Below, one piece after another: positions 57,390 through 62,379 of a DNA stretch of 62,379 nt. The DNA is from Candidatus Micrarchaeota archaeon. GTDB taxonomy: Archaea > Micrarchaeota > Micrarchaeia > Anstonellales > Bilamarchaeaceae. Positions within the stretch are counted from its first letter, which is position 1. Each line of letters starts with the position of its first letter. The stretch lies in NCBI GenBank assembly GCA_030613375.1, contig JAUWMC010000001.1, positions 1 to 62,379 of the forward strand, given 5' to 3'. A program made the translations under genes and the position numbers. The notes under the pieces were generated by a model that was given only the letters and a program-made list of their open reading frames with translations, ran no database searches and had not been told where the DNA came from.

Positions 57390-57549
57390 TGGACTTAGGG
57401 GGATTCGCACCCCCGGCCTCTCGCGTTCTTGCAGGCAATCCTTTATCCAACGTTGCTGGAGGGAGCGCACGGGGGGGTGCGCGGGTAGCAACATTGTAAG
57501 ACGGACAGCCTGTTGCAAGGCGAGCGCTCTACTGCTGAGCTATAAGCCC
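57390..57549 (-). tRNA. tRNA-Ala(TGC) with an 88-nt intron at 37/38 (intron 57426-57513)
   Basis: Acceptor GGGCTTA/TAAGTCC with G3:U70; BHB CTCGC CTTG CA|A CAGGC...GCCTG CAAG AA|C GCGAG. Confidence 0.92.
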
Positions 57550-57615
57550 TTAACACTTCAAATTAACTGTTTTGAAGTTTGAAAATAATGAGGCGAAATA
57601 CTTAAAAGCTAAGCT

Positions 57616-58584
57616 TCACTCTTGCCCTTCATCCGTTACTACACTAAATGGTTTTCTTCTCTCCACATAGATAGCAGCCACTCCAACCTCAAGCGTAGTA
57701 ACCATGTCCTTTGCAAGCAAAAGCGCGTCATCTACCTCCCCCATCTTTCCTAGATATTCCAAAGTTTCGGGGCAAACGTAAACCTCTTCCCCATTTTTAT
57801 CAAGCTCAACTTTCCCGAGCATGTTCTCTTTGAACCAGTTCATGAGCTCAGTTCTCCCAATACCCAGAGAATCTTCATTTCTTTTAAGGACCATCCTCTT
57901 TCCTGAGTTCTTTTCATGCTTCGCAAGCTCTTTTTCGCATGCAAATATTTCAGACACAAGTTCATCATATCTCTCGAGCTTTTCATCTATGCGGGTAAAC
58001 TCCTCCGCTTCCCAAATCTGCTTTGCCAAATCTCGGGCTTCTTTCAACATAATCAAAATGGCGTTTATAAGTGTTGATCCATCGGAAGTTTTCTCCCTGA
58101 GGTCTATACTTCTAGGGCAGCCTTTGTCTAGGTTGTTGATTATTTGTGTGGCAGTTCTTTTTTCATTGAAGTCAATGCAAAAATGATCCCTCATTTCCCT
58201 GAACTTTGATATGATTTTTTCTTTACGGATGCTTACGATCTTTTTTGAAGGAACTCTATAACCACCATCGATTGGCCTCAATCTGGACACTGCCCTCTCT
58301 TTTGGATTAAGACCTTTCTTGATTCCCAATATTTGGTTCAAGATCTCTTCAATCTCTTCTGAAATAGCTTTATACTTCTCCAGTGATTTAGGGTCAACAG
58401 TTGGAATTAGTAATGAGTACCTTGATGCCATGGTATGTAACAATGCTTTTTTTATTGGGGGAATAGAAGAAGGCCTTACCCTTGTTCTCCTGCTCCTTTC
58501 TCCGGCTTTAAATATTACCGGTCCAGGGGGGACACTAGAAACTGGTTTTGGCCCCCCGGGTTCCCCCGGTACTTCTTTAACCAT
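57616..58584 (-). CDS. Orphan helical protein with Pro/Ser-rich N-terminus
   Basis: MVKEVPGEPGGPKPVSSVPP...RPSSIPP; start reassigned to ATG 58584. Confidence 0.7.
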   Translation of the reverse strand: MVKEVPGEPGGPKPVSSVPPGPVIFKAGERSRRTRVRPSSIPPIKKALLHTMASRYSLLIPTVDPKSLEKYKAISEEIEEILNQILGIKKGLNPKERAVSRLRPIDGGYRVPSKKIVSIRKEKIISKFREMRDHFCIDFNEKRTATQIINNLDKGCPRSIDLREKTSDGSTLINAILIMLKEARDLAKQIWEAEEFTRIDEKLERYDELVSEIFACEKELAKHEKNSGKRMVLKRNEDSLGIGRTELMNWFKENMLGKVELDKNGEEVYVCPETLEYLGKMGEVDDALLLAKDMVTTLEVGVAAIYVERRKPFSVVTDEGQE

Positions 58585-58640
58585 GGTGATTATTCGTGTA
58601 TGAGTATGTTTAAATAGCTTTCTAGCGACAAACTTTCCCA

Positions 58641-59234
58641 CTATTTACGCGCAAACACAAGATACGCAGTGTGCGTAAGCCCTACATGCTTGGGCCGCAC
58701 TCCGTACACCCGTACTTCATAATCCCTCACTATACTCTCCAGCATAAACACTTCTGAAAACTTTTCCTTTTCACATTCAAGGTAGAAATTCTTTGCCTGT
58801 TCCATATTTGGAAGGAAGCCTACAAGGTAACCATCTTTTACAAGCGCCTTGTATGCGTGTCCTACGGCCTTATCTGCTTCAGGCATATCCAAGAGCACTA
58901 GATCCACCTCTTTCTCCGTAATCCCTTTTTCCAGGAGATCTCCTTTCTTTATTTTCACGTTTTTGAGCCCTGCCTTTTCCACATTCTTTTTTGCAAGCTC
59001 GCAGAACTCTTCATTTCTTTCATAGGATACAACGCTCTTCACGATATTTCCCAGCACAATTGTTGCAAATGCGGAGCCAGCTCCGGCTTCAACAACCTTA
59101 CTTTTCTTTCCAATACCCGTATAGGATATAACCATCCCGATATCCTTCGGTATAATAACCGCAGGCCCTCTTTTCATGCCCTTCAGAATCTGTGGAAACC
59201 TAATCTCTACCCCCTGCCTCTTTTTTCTTGCCAT
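58641..59234 (-). CDS. trmI: tRNA (adenine-N1)-methyltransferase TrmI-like (short N-terminus)
   Basis: KRGPAVIIPKD, VVEAGAGSA, YERNEEF, LLDMP, HTAYLVFARK. Confidence 0.85.
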   Translation of the reverse strand: MARKKRQGVEIRFPQILKGMKRGPAVIIPKDIGMVISYTGIGKKSKVVEAGAGSAFATIVLGNIVKSVVSYERNEEFCELAKKNVEKAGLKNVKIKKGDLLEKGITEKEVDLVLLDMPEADKAVGHAYKALVKDGYLVGFLPNMEQAKNFYLECEKEKFSEVFMLESIVRDYEVRVYGVRPKHVGLTHTAYLVFARK

Positions 59235-59378
59235 GTCGTTAGTGTGAATGCCAATGCTTAATAGTATTTTGGGAAAAGTGCATGTTTTTTGAAGTTTTTC
59301 TGTGCCCATCATATCCCTAGAAAAATAACTTATGTTTATAAACTTTACTTTCCACAAATTATTACTAATTATGGTGAT

Positions 59379-60767
59379 ATGATGAGCAGAACAAAAGAAC
59401 CAGTACAAAAGGAGGAAATGGTGGCAAAGGGCAGAAGGCCCGTAGGGCGTGCTATTGTAAGGGATTCAAACGGAAGGCACGGAAGAGGGATTGTTGCTGA
59501 TATCACTGAAGAAGAAGGGCTTGCAAGGGAACCAAAAGGAAAAGCAGTTATTCGTGCTATTGGAGCTGGGGCAGCAGTAGTTCTTTTTGCATGTGGGGTA
59601 GGTTCTGTTCTTGTTGCATGTAGTGAAGGCGGTGGCCTCAAGGACCCGGACGCAGGCATGGACACAGACACTGAAACCGATACTGGTTCTGAAGTTGATA
59701 CTGATACTGGAACCGGGGAAGAAGCACTTGTTTGCGAACACCACGAAGGTCCCCTGTATGACTATGAAGCAAAGCTCGCAGAAGGGGACACGGCAAGGCT
59801 CACAGTTGAAGGCCACGAAATAGAATTAATCGTCCTTGATGTGGGAAACCAGACCGTCCAGGTCCACGTAACAGATGGTGAAGGAAACCCAATCCTCAAT
59901 GGAGACTCAGACTTCATTTTTGAAGGCACAGAAACCGAAATCACCTTTGACCTTGATGGGGAGATGGTCACCCTTACTCTTTGTTGGGTAGTTGAAGTTC
60001 CTGAAGGGGCAGATGCGGGTGTTGAAGACGCAGGCACAGAAGGCCTTGCCCCAGGAATCTACGCAAAGTTCATCACTGATGGTGAACACGGATTTGTGCA
60101 CTGCGAGGAAGCAGATGAGTACACCTCCACAGAAACTGAATACCTTGTGGATGTAAACACTGTCCAGACAATTACAAAAACCTACTATAATGAGGGTGAA
60201 ACCGGAGATGCGGAATGTGAAGGCGTCACAACTGAATTCCACATGGAAGTCTCTTCATTTGAAGCACCCCTCCCCATTCAGGAAAACCTTCCCGGAGGCG
60301 AGGATAAATCTGTGAAAGTGCGCGGAGCCACCCTAAATCTTCTGGAAGTGAGCTTCAATAGCAGTATCTTAGGTGCAAGGTTGGGCAAGCAGCTTGCAAG
60401 CGGAAACCTCCATGAGGATGAATCCGTAACCGGAGCCTCCCTGGAAGTAGAATACAAGGGAACCGGAACAAGTACTGGGCCGGACTTTGCATTCAAGTAC
60501 CCTGGAATTGATGAGGATACTGACCTTTGGGTAGAAAACACGGGAGACAATGAGAAGACGATCTACGTTCTTACTTCAACAGATCTTCTGGTGTTTACGC
60601 TCAGGTTTGGAAACGCCAATTGGGACGGATCAATTGATGTGAGCCTTCTCAAGGACGTGCAGAGAATGGAGAATGGCACTTTCACTGTTGGCGGGGCAGA
60701 GTATGAAGTTGGGATGGATGTAACCCCAACTGAAATATTAGGATGGACCCTCACACCAGTTGATTAG
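59379..60767 (+). CDS. Acidic surface lipoprotein-like orphan with DAG/DTDT linkers
   Basis: Basic N-terminal extension, hydrophobic segment ending VLVAC, DAGMDTDTETDTGSEVDTDTGTG, beta-rich acidic body. Confidence 0.75.
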   Translation: MMSRTKEPVQKEEMVAKGRRPVGRAIVRDSNGRHGRGIVADITEEEGLAREPKGKAVIRAIGAGAAVVLFACGVGSVLVACSEGGGLKDPDAGMDTDTETDTGSEVDTDTGTGEEALVCEHHEGPLYDYEAKLAEGDTARLTVEGHEIELIVLDVGNQTVQVHVTDGEGNPILNGDSDFIFEGTETEITFDLDGEMVTLTLCWVVEVPEGADAGVEDAGTEGLAPGIYAKFITDGEHGFVHCEEADEYTSTETEYLVDVNTVQTITKTYYNEGETGDAECEGVTTEFHMEVSSFEAPLPIQENLPGGEDKSVKVRGATLNLLEVSFNSSILGARLGKQLASGNLHEDESVTGASLEVEYKGTGTSTGPDFAFKYPGIDEDTDLWVENTGDNEKTIYVLTSTDLLVFTLRFGNANWDGSIDVSLLKDVQRMENGTFTVGGAEYEVGMDVTPTEILGWTLTPVD

Positions 60768-60816
60768 GGGCATTAATCCCCTCTTTTTTACTTTTCTTTT
60801 CTAATCTTTTCCAAAA

Positions 60817-61257
60817 TCAGCCTTTCATCTTTTCCCGGTAATCGACTAGCTTTTTCTCAATCGCATTATCCTGCAACGCAAGAATCTGCAGCGCAAGCAA
60901 CGCAGCATTTTTTCCATTGTCTATTCCCACTGCGGCTACAGGGATTCCTGGAGGCATCTGCACAATACTCAACAATGCGTCCATTCCATCTAGCTTTGCG
61001 GAAACCGGAACTCCAATAACCGGAGTAAGCGTATGTGCTGCGATAACTCCTGGAAGCGCAGCAGAGAGTCCCGCAACAGCAATAATCACATCGGCAAAAG
61101 TGCTCTTTACAAGTTTCTCCACTTTCTGAGGGTTTCTATGCGCGGATGCAACCTCATATTTGTAGTCTACCTTAAACTCATCCAGCACATCAGTAATCTT
61201 CTTCACGATTTTCTCATCGCTCTTGCTTCCGGAAATAATCAGGATTTTCTCTGCCAT
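60817..61257 (-). CDS. purE: N5-CAIR mutase PurE
   Basis: [36 protein letters not shown]. Confidence 0.96.
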   Translation of the reverse strand: MAEKILIISGSKSDEKIVKKITDVLDEFKVDYKYEVASAHRNPQKVEKLVKSTFADVIIAVAGLSAALPGVIAAHTLTPVIGVPVSAKLDGMDALLSIVQMPPGIPVAAVGIDNGKNAALLALQILALQDNAIEKKLVDYREKMKG

Positions 61258-61347
61258 GGTAGGCTAAAGGACAGAAAGATTAAAATTGTGTTCATGTAAC
61301 CATGGTTACACATATCCCCTTTAAACACATCCCCCCATCATCTTTTC

Positions 61348-61668
61348 ATGACGCTAAAACCTTCCCAGAGACTAAAGAAGCGATACATCTCATTCACCCT
61401 AAAAGGGAGTTTCACTGAAGATGAGCTTTCGCACGCAATCTACAAATACTCACTCAGATTTTTTGGAGAGTATGGCCTTTCCTCCCGCACAATCAAGCTA
61501 ATCGAATTCAATGAAAATGAAGGAATCCTGCTCGTAAATAGAGATTCTACAGAAGAGGTTCTCGGGATGCTTGCCCTCATAAATGAACTCGCAGGAAAGC
61601 CCACCCGTATAATTTCCAGGAGAACAAGCGGCACCATTTCCTCGCTTAAAGATAAAGATAAGGCTTAA
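61348..61668 (+). CDS. rnp2: Ribonuclease P protein component 2 (Pop5/Rpp14)
   Basis: LKPSQRLKKRYISF, FFGEYG, TSGTI. Confidence 0.92.
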   Translation: MTLKPSQRLKKRYISFTLKGSFTEDELSHAIYKYSLRFFGEYGLSSRTIKLIEFNENEGILLVNRDSTEEVLGMLALINELAGKPTRIISRRTSGTISSLKDKDKA

Positions 61669-61693
61669 AAGTTCATAGTTCTATTTTTTACAC

Positions 61694-62269
61694 ATGACAC
61701 TAGAATTAGGAGGAACCCTTTGTATTGGGGCAATAGTTGTTGGTGGAGCGATAATTGTGGCAGGAATACTCTATTTTGTGTACAACCGCATGGTAACGCT
61801 CAAGAACAGGGCTGAGAACGCATGGGCTCAGATAGATGTGCAGCTCAAGAAGAGGAATGATCTTGTTCCCAATCTGGTTGAAACTGTAAAGGGCTATGCA
61901 ACACACGAAAAGAGCACATTTGAAAATGTTACAAAAGCAAGGGCCCAGATGATGGCCGCAGGGACAGTTGCAGGAAAGGCAAAAGCAAGCGGAATGCTTA
62001 CAAATGCGCTCAAATCTCTGTTTGCAGTTTCCGAAAATTACCCGGACCTCAAAGCAAGCCAGAACTTTATGATGCTTCAGGAGGAACTCTCTGGAATTGA
62101 GAACAAGATTGCATACGCAAGGACCGCATACAACGATTCAGTGTATCATTACAACAATACGCAGGAAGTTCTTCCCTACGTAATCTTCGCAGCGATGCTT
62201 GGGCACAAGAAGCAGGAATACTTTGAAACTGCGGAAGTGGAAAAGAAAGTGCCTGCAGTTAAGTTCTGA
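61694..62269 (+). CDS. lemA: LemA family protein
   Basis: YNRMV, AWAQIDVQLKKR.DLVPNLVETVKGY, ENYPDLKA. Confidence 0.96.
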   Translation: MTLELGGTLCIGAIVVGGAIIVAGILYFVYNRMVTLKNRAENAWAQIDVQLKKRNDLVPNLVETVKGYATHEKSTFENVTKARAQMMAAGTVAGKAKASGMLTNALKSLFAVSENYPDLKASQNFMMLQEELSGIENKIAYARTAYNDSVYHYNNTQEVLPYVIFAAMLGHKKQEYFETAEVEKKVPAVKF

Positions 62270-62379
62270 GTGAATTTAAATGGTCGAGAAAAAAGCCCCC
62301 CCGGAGCATGCTCCCCAGGAGTATGTTCCCAGGGAACCCGGCCAAAGCTTTTTCGATGCAATCAATGCAAATAAGAGAA

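Noticed and set aside
62294..62345. GC-rich palindromic stretch after lemA (GGAGCATGCTCC-cca-GGAGTATGTTCC)
   Set aside because: Most simply a terminator hairpin; too close to the window edge to interpret further.

Overview
Gene-dense archaeal chromosome segment. The gene set points to a DPANN archaeon, most likely Micrarchaeota (inference): PolD DP1/DP2, Cdc6/Orc1, GINS, two FtsZ plus SepF, AglB, class III signal-peptide pilins, tandem-domain ThyX, rpS26e, and BHB-type tRNA introns including a non-canonical one. The housekeeping backbone includes the gins-rpl44e-rps27e-aIF2a-nop10-PAC2 cluster, an rpe-tkt-tkt-tal operon, rnz, sepF/cdc6, rpoE'/spt4, nfo, lig, vapBC, aglB, polD, cysS, rtcA, aglH, class II HMG-CoA reductase, trmI, purE, rnp2, lemA and four tRNAs. 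Orphan accessory genes are interleaved with it: a partial alpha-2-macroglobulin, four ankyrin genes around two lipoproteins, helical orphans with basic termini, and a two-gene locus of giant proteins (one with a Gly-rich membrane-insertion core, one with 237-bp tandem repeats). There is also an acidic lipoprotein with myxobacterial-style DAG/DTDT linkers. The most striking sequence-level signals are an orphan gene between two ftsZ paralogues flanked by a duplicated 32-bp hairpin, a T-loop (59/60) intron in tRNA-Arg, and an 88-nt tRNA-Ala intron with a possible nested BHB motif. Also notable are a self-contained 28-aa acidic micro-ORF and two unexplained structured intergenic elements. No CRISPR array, rRNA, integrase or transposase was seen. 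All family assignments come from motif recognition by eye, not from database searches.
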